64,000 nt of DNA, from assembly GCA_007693605.1 (NCBI GenBank), contig REDG01000051.1, positions 6,255-70,254 of the forward strand. The letters are read 5' to 3'. Below, piece by piece: positions 1 to 11,646 of the stretch. The DNA comes from Bradymonadales bacterium (lineage in GTDB: Bacteria; Bdellovibrionota; UBA2394). The notes under the pieces are model-generated. The model saw only the letters and a list, made by a program, of their open reading frames with translations, ran no database searches and was not told the DNA's origin. The position numbers were made by a program, and so were the translations under genes. The stretch's first letter is position 1, and each line of letters begins with the position of its first letter.

Positions 1-999
1 AAAGGCTGAAGTATAATCCTCGCTATTGGTCTTAGCCATCTGTCTAAAAAACTCTTCGAAGTCTTGAGGGCTGGAGCTTGACTTCTCTCTCTCCAAGTCT
101 CGAAAGATTCGTTGGGCCTCTCTGCGACCAGAGCTTCCAGAGTCCGAGATCAGAATGTGCAGAGCGCGAACTCGCTCCTCCGTCCATCGAGGGTCGAGGG
201 AGTCTTCCACTTGTGAACTATAGAAAGCCTGCTTCTCCTGTTCAGAGATTTCGCTTTGTCGCTTGGCTTCGACAATGTCGAAGCGAGCAATTCGTAGTCG
301 TCTTTTCTCAGGCTGAGTGAATTGAGCCGCCCTCGATTGAAAAAACTCTCGAAGTTCCTCTTCGCTGGCACTCAAATTCGCATGTCTCTCTAGGTTTTGT
401 TGGCTAAGTCGCGCCGACTGAAGTCGAAAGCGAAAGTCCTGAAGCTCCAAGGCCTCCAAGACTTCTCTCTCACTCACTCGAACACTTGAGTCTAGTAGGC
501 TCTGAAGTCTGGCGTTGGCCAGGTCTTCTGCAATGGCTCGTTCAAAAATTCTAGGCTCCAAACGATTGGATTCCAGAATGAGCCGATAAAGTCGTGGTGA
601 GAAACTCTGAGTATTCGGATCTTTGAAGGCTTCGTAGCGAGAAATCTCAGCCAAGATATCTTCAGGCCCGACCATGATTCCGAGCCGACGGGCAGCGTGA
701 GCCACCGCCTTTCGTCTGACAAGCTCTACAGCCACTTGACCCTCAATAAAATCAACCAGCTCACGGTTTCTTGGGCCTGCGGCCCCCAGAAGTTGCCCAT
801 AGCTTTCAAGGCGGCTGTTCAGCATGAACTGAAACTCCCCCTGAGAAATCCGCTCTCCATTGACGGTCGTCAGACTTCCAAGGGAGGATTGTTGTTCCGT
901 CTCGTAATAGCCCCAAAAAATGAATGTCAGGATGATGAAGCCGAAGACCACCATCGAGATCATGGAGTTTCGTCGGTTTCGAAAAAAGCGCATTGCCAT
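1..999 (-). CDS. ppiD: PpiD/SurA-type periplasmic peptidyl-prolyl isomerase chaperone (3' end runs off window)
   Basis: Not in the ORF track; translated by hand from ATG at 999: MAMRFFRNRRNSMISMVVFGFIILTFIFWG (N-terminal TM anchor), TTVNGERIS (SurA_N), later ERVRALHILI (rotamase start); open to base 1; divergent from mreB. Confidence 0.8.
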   Translation of the reverse strand, partial: MAMRFFRNRRNSMISMVVFGFIILTFIFWGYYETEQQSSLGSLTTVNGERISQGEFQFMLNSRLESYGQLLGAAGPRNRELVDFIEGQVAVELVRRKAVAHAARRLGIMVGPEDILAEISRYEAFKDPNTQSFSPRLYRLILESNRLEPRIFERAIAEDLANARLQSLLDSSVRVSEREVLEALELQDFRFRLQSARLSQQNLERHANLSASEEELREFFQSRAAQFTQPEKRRLRIARFDIVEAKRQSEISEQEKQAFYSSQVEDSLDPRWTEERVRALHILISDSGSSGRREAQRIFRDLEREKSSSSPQDFEEFFRQMAKTNSEDYTSAF

Positions 1000-1062
1000 G
1001 GTGTTTGAGTCTTCCAGAAGGCGAAAAAATCGGCAAGCGGTGATGGAGAATATCCGCCCTAA

Positions 1063-2172
<1,110 letters not shown>

Positions 2173-2250
2173 GGGCGAGCCTTGGGGGGACAGAAGAAGA
2201 CAATCATCTTGATCCTAGAGGCTTGTCTTTGTGGGGAGTGGACCTAGAGC

Positions 2251-3126
2251 GTGCTGATTCCTTCGATACAGGAAAGAAAAACATGGCTTGTTTTTCTGAT
2301 TTCTTTGCTAGTGGGTCTGAATCTTTATTTCAATTTTTCTTATACAGGTGGACTTGAGGGTCGGGCGAAGTGGATTGACCAAGCCTTTCTTCAGGTCTTC
2401 TCTCCCATTCAGTACGGAGTGGCTCAAACGAAGATTGGTTTACGATCGAGTCTTTTTGTTGTCAAAGAGATGTGGTCGGCTCGAGAGGAAAATCAGGAGT
2501 TGCGATTTCGACTTTCGGAGCTTTCTTTGCGTTTACAACAGCAGGGTGAAATTGAAGCCGAGAATACAAGGCTCCGAGAGCTTTTGGAGTTTCGAGAACG
2601 ACAACCCATGGAGTATTTGGTGGCGCGTGTGATCGCTAAAGATCCAAGCGCCTTTTTTAAGACCGTGATGATTGATCGCGGTCGAGAGAGCGGCGTTGAG
2701 GAGGGGATGCCCGTGGTCAGCGCCGAGGGCGTAGTCGGAAGAATTCAGGCGGTTGGCCCCTTGAGCTCTCGAGTTTTACTGATTAACGATGTCAATTCTC
2801 GAGTCGATGCCGTCATTCAACGATCGAGAGCGCGAACCATTGTCGCAGGCGGGCTGGGTGGAACTCTTAATCTTCGTTTCCTTCCAAGGCGACAGGATAT
2901 TCGAGTGGATGATTTGGTGGTGACTTCGGGCTTAGGCGAGAGCTTTCCTGCCGGCTTTCGAATTGGCTGGGTTTCAGAGGTGAAACGAGATCCCAATGTG
3001 GTTTTAGAGGAGGCCAAAATTCGGGCCGCTGTGAACTTTGACTCGGTGGAAGAGGTCTTTGTGATTCGAGGCAGGCAACAGAGTCAGGAGGGTTTAAATG
3101 TCGATGGAGCCGCTCCGCGGAATTGA
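2251..3126 (+). CDS. mreC: Rod shape-determining protein MreC
   Basis: N-terminal TM, coiled coil (ENTRLRELL), IDRG..GV..GMPV, GVVGRI, VVTSGLG; follows mreB. Confidence 0.95.
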   Translation: MLIPSIQERKTWLVFLISLLVGLNLYFNFSYTGGLEGRAKWIDQAFLQVFSPIQYGVAQTKIGLRSSLFVVKEMWSAREENQELRFRLSELSLRLQQQGEIEAENTRLRELLEFRERQPMEYLVARVIAKDPSAFFKTVMIDRGRESGVEEGMPVVSAEGVVGRIQAVGPLSSRVLLINDVNSRVDAVIQRSRARTIVAGGLGGTLNLRFLPRRQDIRVDDLVVTSGLGESFPAGFRIGWVSEVKRDPNVVLEEAKIRAAVNFDSVEEVFVIRGRQQSQEGLNVDGAAPRN

Positions 3127-3613
3127 ATTTGCCGGCTCCCCTTGGCCAAGAGACCTGGGCGTTTTGGCGGCATGGTTTTTGAGCCTATTGATATTTTCCG
3201 TGTTTCAGACTCCAAATTTGGTGGTGTGGAGCGGGCTCCCCTTTCTAATTCTCTACGGGGCTTGGGCCTGGCCCTTCTTAAAAGCGGCCGTTCTCTTTCT
3301 TGTCGTCGCATGGATCTATTCGAGCGTCTCGCTCACGCCCTCTGGGCTTCTCTGGCTAAGTCTCTTTGTGGCCTATCTTGTGGTTTATTTCGCTCAGTTT
3401 CGAATCATGATTCGAAATATTTGGCAGTTTATGGCGGTCGTGCTTTGTTTAAGCTGGGGTTTTGAGCTGATTCAATTGTTTCTCGTCTCTCAGCTCTATC
3501 CGGGGCATAATCTAAATTGGCAGCTGTGGGGAAGCATCGGCCTAGTGGGCTTTTCCCACTCGGTGGTGGCCTTGGTCATTTATCCTTCCGTGCAGCGCTG
3601 GGTTGTTTCGTAG
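3098..3613 (+). CDS. mreD: Rod shape-determining protein MreD (divergent)
   Basis: Hydrophobic 171-aa multi-TM protein between mreC and mrdA; call rests on synteny. Confidence 0.7.
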   Translation: MSMEPLRGIEFAGSPWPRDLGVLAAWFLSLLIFSVFQTPNLVVWSGLPFLILYGAWAWPFLKAAVLFLVVAWIYSSVSLTPSGLLWLSLFVAYLVVYFAQFRIMIRNIWQFMAVVLCLSWGFELIQLFLVSQLYPGHNLNWQLWGSIGLVGFSHSVVALVIYPSVQRWVVS

Positions 3614-3623
3614 GCTAAACTTC

Positions 3624-5525
3624 ATGAGGCTTTCAGATCCATATAACACCACAGAGCTGAAGAGCCGGGCCCAATTTGTGGCGATTGGCTTTGCTTTTCT
3701 CATTTTTCTTTTGCTCTTTCGACTTTGGTACCTTCAGATTTGGCGGGGTGAAGAGTATCGACTCTTTAGCGATCGCAATCGATTTAAGATTGAAAGAATT
3801 TCGGCGCCACGAGGTCAGATTCTAGACCGACGAGGGGCCTTGCTGGCAGATAATCGACCTCGATTTGATATTCATGTCACCCGTGCTTTTGCCACGAACC
3901 TAGATAAAGAGCTGGAAGCCTTGAAGTCGATTCTTCAATGGTCAGATGAAGAGTTTGAAGAGCGAAGCAGATTAGTGAAAGCTTTTCCTTTGTATCAATC
4001 TCGCCGAATTGCACGCGATGTCAGTTGGGATCAGTTGGCTCAAGTTGAGAATCGATCGAATGAACTCTCTAGCTTAGGCATTCAAGTGCAGTCCGTTCGT
4101 GATTATTTGTATGGTGACGCATTCTTTCATGTGATTGGCTATACCGGAGAAGTCAGTGAGATCAATTTGCAACGACTCCGCCAACGATTTCCTGATCGAA
4201 ACTATCGTTTGGGAGATTCTATCGGAGTGATTGGGGCGGAGTCGATTTATGAGCGCTTTCTGCGGGGTTCTGATGGAAGAGAGTTTGTCGTTGTGGATGT
4301 GAAGGGGCGACCCGTCCACCGAACGAACTTGAGGCTTTTTGATCAAAATACGCGCGTCGGGGCAAGAGCCGGAAACAGCTTGGAGTTGAGTCTTGATCTG
4401 GAGTTGCAGCTCACAGCCCTTCGCGCCTTTGGCGATCAGCGGGGGGCGGCGGTAGCCCTAGACCCCAACACGGGCGAGATACTCGCGATGATCTCTAGAC
4501 CTTCTCTCGATCCGAATCTCTTCACCCGAGAGTTGACGGGTCGGCAACTCAACGCTTTGAGAGAGCGGCCAGACAAGCCCTTTCTAGACCGCAGTTTAGG
4601 AGAGCATTATCCGCCAGGTTCAACTTACAAGATGTTGATGGGGGCGGCAGCGCTTGAAGAGGGGGTGGTGACGGCAGAGCAAAGCTTTCATTGCCCGGGC
4701 TTCTTTCGGTTCGGAAGAAGGATTTGGAGATGTCATCGTCGTTCTGGTCATGGACATGTCGACTTGCGGGAAGCGATCAAAGTTTCATGCGATGTTTACT
4801 TTTACAATGTGGCTCTAGCCTTGGGCCTCGATCGAATGCATCGGTGGGCTAAACAGTTTGGCTTGGGACGACGCACGAACCTGGGCCATGAGATTTTTTC
4901 GAATAGTCCCTTGGCACAGTTTTATCGTTTCAATTCTGAACAGACTGGATTCGTTCCAAACTCATCCTGGGTTAGGCGCTCAGGACATACCAGCTTAGAA
5001 GGAGAGACCATCAATGCGGGGATTGGACAGGGGGGCAATCTAATGACCGTGACCCAGCTTGCGCGCATGACGGCGGCTTTTGGAAATTCGGGCCAATTCT
5101 TTCAACCTCAGCTCGTTCGCGCTCAGAGAAGACCGGGGGGCGATTTGATTGAAGCCTACGAAAGCCTTTTAGAAAATCAGGTTCAGCTGAAGCCCGAGAC
5201 TTCTGCGCTGATTTTGGATGCGATGAAGGCGGTTGTAAATGAAAGAGACGGAACGGCCTTAGGTTCTCGAATCGCTGAGTTTTCGTGGGGGGGAAAGACG
5301 GGAACTTCTCAGGTGGTAGCGCTATCGTTGCGACCAGAAGATGAGGATGAGATTCCCTTTGAGATGGAACATCATGCTCTTTTTGTTGGCTTGGCTCCGA
5401 TCGAAAACCCCAAGATCGCCGTCGCCGTGATCGTGGAGCATGGTCGCAGCGGATCGAGAGCAGCCGCACCCATTGCGCGAGCCATGGTTCGCAATTATTT
5501 AAATCGTCAGGTGGCAGCAAGATAA
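3624..5525 (+). CDS. mrdA: Penicillin-binding protein 2
   Basis: APRGQILDR, PGSTYK (SxxK), SCD (SxN variant typical of PBP2), KTGTSQ; start taken at ATG 3624. Confidence 0.95.
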   Translation: MRLSDPYNTTELKSRAQFVAIGFAFLIFLLLFRLWYLQIWRGEEYRLFSDRNRFKIERISAPRGQILDRRGALLADNRPRFDIHVTRAFATNLDKELEALKSILQWSDEEFEERSRLVKAFPLYQSRRIARDVSWDQLAQVENRSNELSSLGIQVQSVRDYLYGDAFFHVIGYTGEVSEINLQRLRQRFPDRNYRLGDSIGVIGAESIYERFLRGSDGREFVVVDVKGRPVHRTNLRLFDQNTRVGARAGNSLELSLDLELQLTALRAFGDQRGAAVALDPNTGEILAMISRPSLDPNLFTRELTGRQLNALRERPDKPFLDRSLGEHYPPGSTYKMLMGAAALEEGVVTAEQSFHCPGFFRFGRRIWRCHRRSGHGHVDLREAIKVSCDVYFYNVALALGLDRMHRWAKQFGLGRRTNLGHEIFSNSPLAQFYRFNSEQTGFVPNSSWVRRSGHTSLEGETINAGIGQGGNLMTVTQLARMTAAFGNSGQFFQPQLVRAQRRPGGDLIEAYESLLENQVQLKPETSALILDAMKAVVNERDGTALGSRIAEFSWGGKTGTSQVVALSLRPEDEDEIPFEMEHHALFVGLAPIENPKIAVAVIVEHGRSGSRAAAPIARAMVRNYLNRQVAAR

Positions 5526-6622
5526 TGGATCAGGCAGATAAAATTTCACAGAGATACGATTGGGGTTTTTTGGGCTTAGTGGCTTTGTTGACCGGCATCG
5601 GCCTGATGACTCTCTATAGCTCCGTTTATTTAAGTGAAATCTCACTCTTTTATAAGCAGCTTAGTTTTGTCGCGTTGGGCTTGGTCATTGCAATCTTCAT
5701 GGGGCTTTTGGACTATCGGTTTCTCGAGAGATTGGCCTGGCCGTTTTACTTTTTGACGCTTTTTCTACTTCTGATGGTCGAATTCTTTGGCCGTTCTGCT
5801 GCAGGCTCGCAGCGCTGGCTCTCGCTAGGCGCCATCAACTTGCAGCCTTCGGAATTGGCGAAGCTTGCCGTGGTTCTCGTCTTAGCCAAGTTCTTTTCTC
5901 ATAAGTCGGCGCCTCCGAATGGCTATGGTCTTCGAGACTTGATTCCCGTCTTTTTGATTGTTGCAGTTCCGATGATCATGGTTTTCATGCAACCCGACTT
6001 GGGGACGGCCATGATGATTGGCTTGACGGCGGCTTCGGTCATCTTTTTGTGTCACTTGAAAATGAAGAGCTTGGTGATTTTGATGATCAGCTTTTTAACC
6101 GCGGCCCCGATTGTCTATTCCGTTGTTCTAAAGGAGTACCAGCGAGATCGAGTGCGGACTTTCTTAGATCCGCAAAGAGACCCCCTTGGGGAAGGCTATC
6201 ACAGCATTCAGAGCATGATTGCCGTGGGCAGTGGTCAGGTCTTTGGCAAGGGCTACCTGCAGGGCACACAATCTAAGCTAGAGTTTCTTCCGAAACATCA
6301 TACGGATTTTATTTTCTCTGCCTTCGGAGAGGAGTGGGGTTTTATCGGGGCACTTGTGGTCTTGGCTCTTTTTACTCTCATGGTCTTTTTGGGGGTCGAT
6401 ATAGCAAGAAAGTCGAGAGATAAATTCGGCTCTGTTTTGGCAGTGGGCTGCCTATCTCTGATTGTTTGGCATGTGATTGTGAATATCGGAATGGAGATTG
6501 GGGTCTTGCCCGTGGTGGGGGTGACTCTTCCATTCTTTTCTTACGGAGGAAGTAATCTCGTCACGAATATGCTGGCGGTGGGTGTTCTACTCAGCGTGTC
6601 TTATCGGAGGCATATCTTTTAG
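5525..6622 (+). CDS. rodA: SEDS glycosyltransferase RodA
   Basis: QRWL, LQPSELAK, QPDLGT, FLPKHHTDFIF, GVTLPFFSYGGS. Confidence 0.96.
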   Translation: MDQADKISQRYDWGFLGLVALLTGIGLMTLYSSVYLSEISLFYKQLSFVALGLVIAIFMGLLDYRFLERLAWPFYFLTLFLLLMVEFFGRSAAGSQRWLSLGAINLQPSELAKLAVVLVLAKFFSHKSAPPNGYGLRDLIPVFLIVAVPMIMVFMQPDLGTAMMIGLTAASVIFLCHLKMKSLVILMISFLTAAPIVYSVVLKEYQRDRVRTFLDPQRDPLGEGYHSIQSMIAVGSGQVFGKGYLQGTQSKLEFLPKHHTDFIFSAFGEEWGFIGALVVLALFTLMVFLGVDIARKSRDKFGSVLAVGCLSLIVWHVIVNIGMEIGVLPVVGVTLPFFSYGGSNLVTNMLAVGVLLSVSYRRHIF

Positions 6623-6641
6623 CTTCGAGTGGCGGTCATTT

Positions 6642-8054
6642 TCACTCGACTTGATATTGAATCCAAACTTCGACTTTTTCTTTCGGATTGAGGCCTTCAA
6701 AAAAAGCGGGCTTGAACTCGAGCCGCTGGTCAATCAAAGAAAGATAGTAGCTGTTCTCGGGCATCAAGACCTGATTGCGGTAGACGAGAACCGAGTTTGG
6801 CTGGGCGGGACAAGCTAAGCTTTGTGATTGTGAGCTCAAGACGATCTGATCTAAAAGATCCTGAAAGATCTCATCATAAGTGTCTTCTTGAATATTATAG
6901 ACGCCGCCTCCGGTCGCTTGGCTCAAAGCCCAATGACCGATACCGACTTCTTGCCAAAGGAAGCCCAGTTGGTTGATAAGAGCAGCATCTTTGTTAATGA
7001 TTGAATGGTAGCGATAACTCGTATTCAGTTTTTGAGCAAACTGGCGAAACATCCGATCGGCAATTTCGGGATAGGAATTGGAGTGCTCGTCGTAAGGGTG
7101 AAAGAGATGGCGATCAAAATTCACATTCAAATCATCATCAGAAAGGGCAATTAGATTCAGAGGAGCTCCCTGAATGAACAGATTGTCTCCCGTCTCGCTT
7201 TGTCCGGAGATATCAACTCTACGAAGACTTGCAACGCATGGATCGTAGTTCCAGTTGTTTGCGAAGCTCCAAGGCCAGGAGTTTTCTTGGGTAAAGCTTG
7301 CCAAACCGGTAAGGCCTGCCCAGTATGGATAGACTCGGGGGCGAAAATAACTTCCCGTCTGATTACAGTCTGAGATGGTCTTCACGGCTGCATTGCCGGC
7401 GGGTTGATCGAGAGGAATGAAGGTTGGCAAGTCTTGGAGATGGTTAGTCTGGCCGAAGACTTGAAAGAAGGCTCGATCGATCCACTTAGAGCCTGTTTCT
7501 GCTTTAAAAAAGTGGATGCGAGGATCCTTTAGCGCTCGCAGAACCAAGGGGTTGTGACTGCCAGGAATTTCTCCATCAGGATCTTGTATATCATCAATGC
7601 TATTGAAGGCAGCTTTATCGGGATCAAAAATCAATCCAATTCGCAGGCTATCACCGTCTTCAATTCGATCTAAAAGACCCTCAATCAGAGAGTCCATTTG
7701 GTCCATCACCTTTTCAATCAGAGGGCCCATCGATCCGCTATCATCCAAAAGAAAGATCACATTCGAAGCCGATACGGAGTCTACGCTGAGTTCAAAGTAT
7801 TGGTAGCCAGAATCTCCTGAAGAGCAGACTTCATGATGAGGGTGACCGAAATCTCTCTGATTGGATTCGTCAAAGGGGGGCGTTGGTGTGCCAGGGGGTG
7901 TTGTTGGGCCACCTGCTTGGCCGCCCTGAAGATTCACGGGGCTTAGAATGGGGTCGGAGGCACAGGCAGACAGAAAGAATAGAAGGCCGAGGCCAAGACA
8001 AACGAAAGGCGCACCCGAATCTCGAAAGGAAATTTTGCATTTGTGAATCATCAC
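6642..8054 (-). CDS. vWA-domain lipoprotein of unknown function
   Basis: Lipobox LFFLSA-C, Pro/Gly/Thr linker, MIDAS-like FLLDDSGSM, later ALSDDD and ATGGGVYNI. Confidence 0.7.
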   Translation of the reverse strand: MMIHKCKISFRDSGAPFVCLGLGLLFFLSACASDPILSPVNLQGGQAGGPTTPPGTPTPPFDESNQRDFGHPHHEVCSSGDSGYQYFELSVDSVSASNVIFLLDDSGSMGPLIEKVMDQMDSLIEGLLDRIEDGDSLRIGLIFDPDKAAFNSIDDIQDPDGEIPGSHNPLVLRALKDPRIHFFKAETGSKWIDRAFFQVFGQTNHLQDLPTFIPLDQPAGNAAVKTISDCNQTGSYFRPRVYPYWAGLTGLASFTQENSWPWSFANNWNYDPCVASLRRVDISGQSETGDNLFIQGAPLNLIALSDDDLNVNFDRHLFHPYDEHSNSYPEIADRMFRQFAQKLNTSYRYHSIINKDAALINQLGFLWQEVGIGHWALSQATGGGVYNIQEDTYDEIFQDLLDQIVLSSQSQSLACPAQPNSVLVYRNQVLMPENSYYLSLIDQRLEFKPAFFEGLNPKEKVEVWIQYQVE

Positions 8055-8132
8055 TGCCCTTTCAGTTCACACACTCCTCAAAAGTGGGAGTGGCTCACCG
8101 TCTCACTGAGAGACCACCACTTCAGTAGAGAA

Positions 8133-8148
8133 TGCAAATCACAGGCCA
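8133..8148 (-). promoter_or_regulatory. Putative sigma54 (-24/-12) promoter of the vWA lipoprotein gene
   Basis: Minus strand TGGCCTG-TGAT-TTGCA matches TGGCACG-N4-TTGCW, about 80 bp upstream of the start. Confidence 0.55.
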
Positions 8149-8300
8149 AAGGGCATAGGCTACGGAAAGAGGCCGACAAGGCCTTTTGGGTATTTGGGTC
8201 GGGCAATAATGCCCGAGGGCTCAGGAGAAACTGCCCCACTTCATGGGGTCGGGAGACGAAAGTGCCAGACGAGGGGGTTGTCGGGATTGTCGATATCTTA

Positions 8301-8356
8301 GGGAGAGTCGCTAATCGTCCATCTACGGCGTCCTAGAGACTACGGGGTCCTAGAGA
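8301..8356 (+). repeat. Degenerate copy of repeat family A with internal 17-bp tandem duplication
   Basis: GGGAGAGTCGCTAATCGTCCATCTAC resembles GGGAGTGTCGCTAAGGGCCCATCTGC; CTACGGCGTCCTAGAGA / CTACGGGGTCCTAGAGA in tandem at 8323-8356. Confidence 0.5.
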
Positions 8357-8403
8357 ACGCAATGAGTGAGCGGCTGATAAGGAGTACCGGTCTGCGTGGG
8401 GCG

Positions 8404-9264
8404 TTACTTTATTCCGACCACATAGGCGATCCAGACGGCAGAGTTCTCCTCTTTCTCTGTGATGTGAAACTCGCCGTTTCCGCCACCCCCCTTGGCATCT
8501 CCTTCCCAAAAGACGCAAGAATCTCGAAAGCCGGCTTCTCTCAAACACTCTCTGAGTTCAGGAATTGTCCAAGCTCGCCAGTCGTATTCAAAAGCCTTCT
8601 TCCATTCTCGAGTTCTCGGAAGCTTGAAAGAGATGCTGTAATGCCCCTCGTTCTTTACCGGATTGAATTCGTCACAGCGCCAAATATAGGTGAACTTCAT
8701 GCCTTTCACTCGATAGTTCTCTTGATCCTCGTGAGGCTCAATCATCTCGGTGCCGCCAACACTATCGAGAAAAAACAGACCGTCTGAAGCCAAGCTTTTA
8801 TAAGCTTTCTTAAAGTATTGAACGAGTTTTTGCCTGTCCTTAAAGATCCAATAGCTGAAGTTGCATGCGGCAATGAGATCCGCTTTGGGTTGAGTCAGGC
8901 TCATGACATTTTTCCGAAAGACTTGAATTCGTTCTCGAGCATGAGCAGAAAGACTCTGAAGGTGAACCTTCTTTCCATAAGCCAGGGGCTCTGAATCAAT
9001 ATCCAGACACAAGGCCCGATGCTTCGGGCCTCGCTTGACCCACTCGCAAGAAAGTTTGAATGTTCCACAAAAATCCTCACGAAAGATCTGGGGCTTCTTC
9101 TTTCGTAGTCGACGATAAAGACTCTCAAGAATCTCTGCATCATCGGCCGCCTCTTGGACGGAAGCTTCATAAAGAAGATATTTTAGTTCAGATCGGGGCA
9201 TTTTCTCGGGAGGAATTCGACCCCTTTTTGGTCTTATGTCAACTTGTCTAGCCTTGGCTCTCAT
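8404..9264 (-). CDS. Class I SAM-dependent methyltransferase
   Basis: REDFCGT motif-I variant, CLDID, ADLIAACNFSY, GLFFLD. Confidence 0.75.
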   Translation of the reverse strand: MRAKARQVDIRPKRGRIPPEKMPRSELKYLLYEASVQEAADDAEILESLYRRLRKKKPQIFREDFCGTFKLSCEWVKRGPKHRALCLDIDSEPLAYGKKVHLQSLSAHARERIQVFRKNVMSLTQPKADLIAACNFSYWIFKDRQKLVQYFKKAYKSLASDGLFFLDSVGGTEMIEPHEDQENYRVKGMKFTYIWRCDEFNPVKNEGHYSISFKLPRTREWKKAFEYDWRAWTIPELRECLREAGFRDSCVFWEGDAKGGGGNGEFHITEKEENSAVWIAYVVGIK

Positions 9265-9573
9265 GGGCTCATCAAAGAGGCTTTCTGAGTTGAAATCAAG
9301 TTGGGAGCATAAGAATAAAAATTCAAAGAAAGCAGTCAGCGGTCTGGTCGGAGTGGTCAGGCTCCCAGATGCAGAGCTGGTCGTCAGAGCTTGATGACTT
9401 CCAAAGTCTTTCTTGATTCGATGAGATGAAAGTTTTGGATGTCGCGAAGATCGAGGCAGTTCCGATTCTTCAAGCTAGTGCTTGCGTTTTTGGGCATTGG
9501 CTGACTATTTTCACAGAGTTGCCTGTTTGGCGTGTTGGGTAAAAGAATTATCAAGTAAAGGAGTGAAAAATTT

Positions 9574-11646
9574 ATGGATCCCATAGCGTTTCCTGCGATT
9601 GTGGCAGGAATTCTCGGTTTAGGAGTCGTCTTTGTCTTGTATCTTCGGGTGGTTGCTCAAGCAGCCGGTACCGACTTGATGGTGTCCATCGCCAATGAGA
9701 TTCACACCGGTGCGATGACCTTTCTAGCGAGGATGTACAGAATTTTGATCGGCTTCGTCATCATTGTCGCCATTCTGATTGGGTTCTTTATCGACTGGAA
9801 TACCGCACTGGCCTTTGTGATAGGGGCTCTCTGTTCTGGCTTGGCCGGCTTTTTTGGAATGAAGTCCGCCACCAAGGCCAATGTTCGAACGGCGGCGGCG
9901 GCGAAAGATCAAGGCGAGGCAGCGGCCCTTGCAACGGCCTTTCGAGGAGGCTCTGTGATGGGGCTTTCGGTGGCGGCTCTCGGCTTGCTGGGCCTCGGTG
10001 TTTTGACCGCGATTTACGGGTTTGATGCTCATGCGGCGTCGATTATCTCTGGATTTTCTATGGGAGCTTCTTCCATTGCTCTCTTTGCACGGGTCGGTGG
10101 AGGGATCTACACCAAGGCCGCCGATGTCGGCTCGGATTTGGTCGGAAAAGTCGAAGCGGGAATTCCTGAAGATGACCCACGAAACCCTGGGGTAATTGCA
10201 GACAATGTCGGGGATAATGTCGGGGATGTCGCCGGAATGGGTGCGGACATTTTTGAATCCTATGTTGGAGGGATGGTTGCGGCTCTAGCCATCGCGGCCA
10301 CCATGGGCGCTGATCAGCTCTTGAGACTGACGAACCAGACTGAAGTGGCTGCGCAGACGACTTTGATGTTGCTGCCCTTGCTGCTTTCAGTGATGGGTTT
10401 AGGGGCTTCCGTTCTGGGTGTATTCTCCATGCGGGTGTTTAAGGTGTGGGGAGCTTCAGAAGCTCTCAGAGCCTCTACTATTCTTGCGGCGCTGGTGTTT
10501 ATTGCGGCGGCGGTCGGCTTTGTTTACTGGCAGGGTTTAAGCTTCGGCTTGATCTGGGCTGTGATTGCCGGAACCGTGGGCGGTCTCTTCATTGGATTCG
10601 TAACCGAGTATTATACAGCCTCACGACCTGTTCGGAGAATTGCAGAGGCTTCAAAGACTGGCCCTGCGACCAATATCATCGCCGGATTTGCCGTAGGCCT
10701 TGAGTCTTGTGTCATTCCCCTTCTGATCATTGCTGGAATTATTTCAGTGGCTTTCGGTACGGCAGGTCTTTACGGAATTGCTCTTGCTTCCATTGGTATG
10801 CTTGCCACCGTGGGAATTACCATGTCGGTGGATGCTTACGGACCGATTGCTGACAATGCCGGTGGGATCTCAGAGATGTCTCGTTTGGGACCGGATGTTC
10901 GAAAAATCACTGACGGTTTGGATGCGATCGGGAACACCACCGCAGCGATTGGAAAAGGCTTTGCGATCGGCTCAGCCGCCCTCACGGCCTTGGCGCTCTT
11001 CTCGGCTTATGGGCAAACCGTCAACTCGATTCGTATCTCGATGGACCTTGAAGTGATCACCATGAGCATCACGAGTGCAACGGTTGTGATCGGTCTGCTT
11101 CTCGGCGCGGCGATTCCTCTTTTGGTGGGCGCCTTGACGATGACCAGTGTTGGCCGCGCAGCGGGGGCGATGGTGGATGAGATTCGTCGGCAGTTTAAAG
11201 AAATCCCTGGTCTTCTGTCTGGAGATTCTTCAGCCAAGCCGGATACGGCCCGATGTGTAGACATTTCTACCAACGCGGCCTTAAAGGAAATGGTGTTGCC
11301 GGGAGTGGTGGCCGTGGCCTCACCTGTTTTGGTGGGCTTTCTGCTTGGCCCTGATGCTCTGGGCGGAATGTTGGCAGGAGCCACCGTGGTGGGTGTTGTT
11401 TTGGCTCTCTTGATGTCGAATTCCGGAGGAGCTTGGGATAACGCCAAGAAGGCGATTGAGCAGGGTCATATTCCCGGAGAAAGTAAGGGAGGCGAGGCTC
11501 ACAAGGCGGCGGTCTGCGGTGATACGGTCGGAGATCCCTTCAAAGACACCTCGGGCCCTTCGATGAATATTTTGATCAAGCTGATGTCGATTGTGGCTTT
11601 GGTGATCGCCGCTCAAGTGGCAACGGGTGGTTTTTTCGGGGGTTAG
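9574..11646 (+). CDS. hppA: Membrane pyrophosphatase, K+-dependent, probably Na+-translocating
   Basis: [48 protein letters not shown]. Confidence 0.95.
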   Translation: MDPIAFPAIVAGILGLGVVFVLYLRVVAQAAGTDLMVSIANEIHTGAMTFLARMYRILIGFVIIVAILIGFFIDWNTALAFVIGALCSGLAGFFGMKSATKANVRTAAAAKDQGEAAALATAFRGGSVMGLSVAALGLLGLGVLTAIYGFDAHAASIISGFSMGASSIALFARVGGGIYTKAADVGSDLVGKVEAGIPEDDPRNPGVIADNVGDNVGDVAGMGADIFESYVGGMVAALAIAATMGADQLLRLTNQTEVAAQTTLMLLPLLLSVMGLGASVLGVFSMRVFKVWGASEALRASTILAALVFIAAAVGFVYWQGLSFGLIWAVIAGTVGGLFIGFVTEYYTASRPVRRIAEASKTGPATNIIAGFAVGLESCVIPLLIIAGIISVAFGTAGLYGIALASIGMLATVGITMSVDAYGPIADNAGGISEMSRLGPDVRKITDGLDAIGNTTAAIGKGFAIGSAALTALALFSAYGQTVNSIRISMDLEVITMSITSATVVIGLLLGAAIPLLVGALTMTSVGRAAGAMVDEIRRQFKEIPGLLSGDSSAKPDTARCVDISTNAALKEMVLPGVVAVASPVLVGFLLGPDALGGMLAGATVVGVVLALLMSNSGGAWDNAKKAIEQGHIPGESKGGEAHKAAVCGDTVGDPFKDTSGPSMNILIKLMSIVALVIAAQVATGGFFGG

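Noticed and set aside
8220-8400. Possible c-di-GMP-I riboswitch (GAAA, CTACGGGGTCCTA)
   Set aside because: No GGCAAAC/GACGCAAA P1-P2 architecture, no suitably placed downstream gene, and partly explained by repeat A; an Rfam scan would settle it
9265-9573. Long leader before hppA as a Na+ riboswitch
   Set aside because: I could not recognise the consensus or a terminator; contains at most a very degenerate repeat A trace
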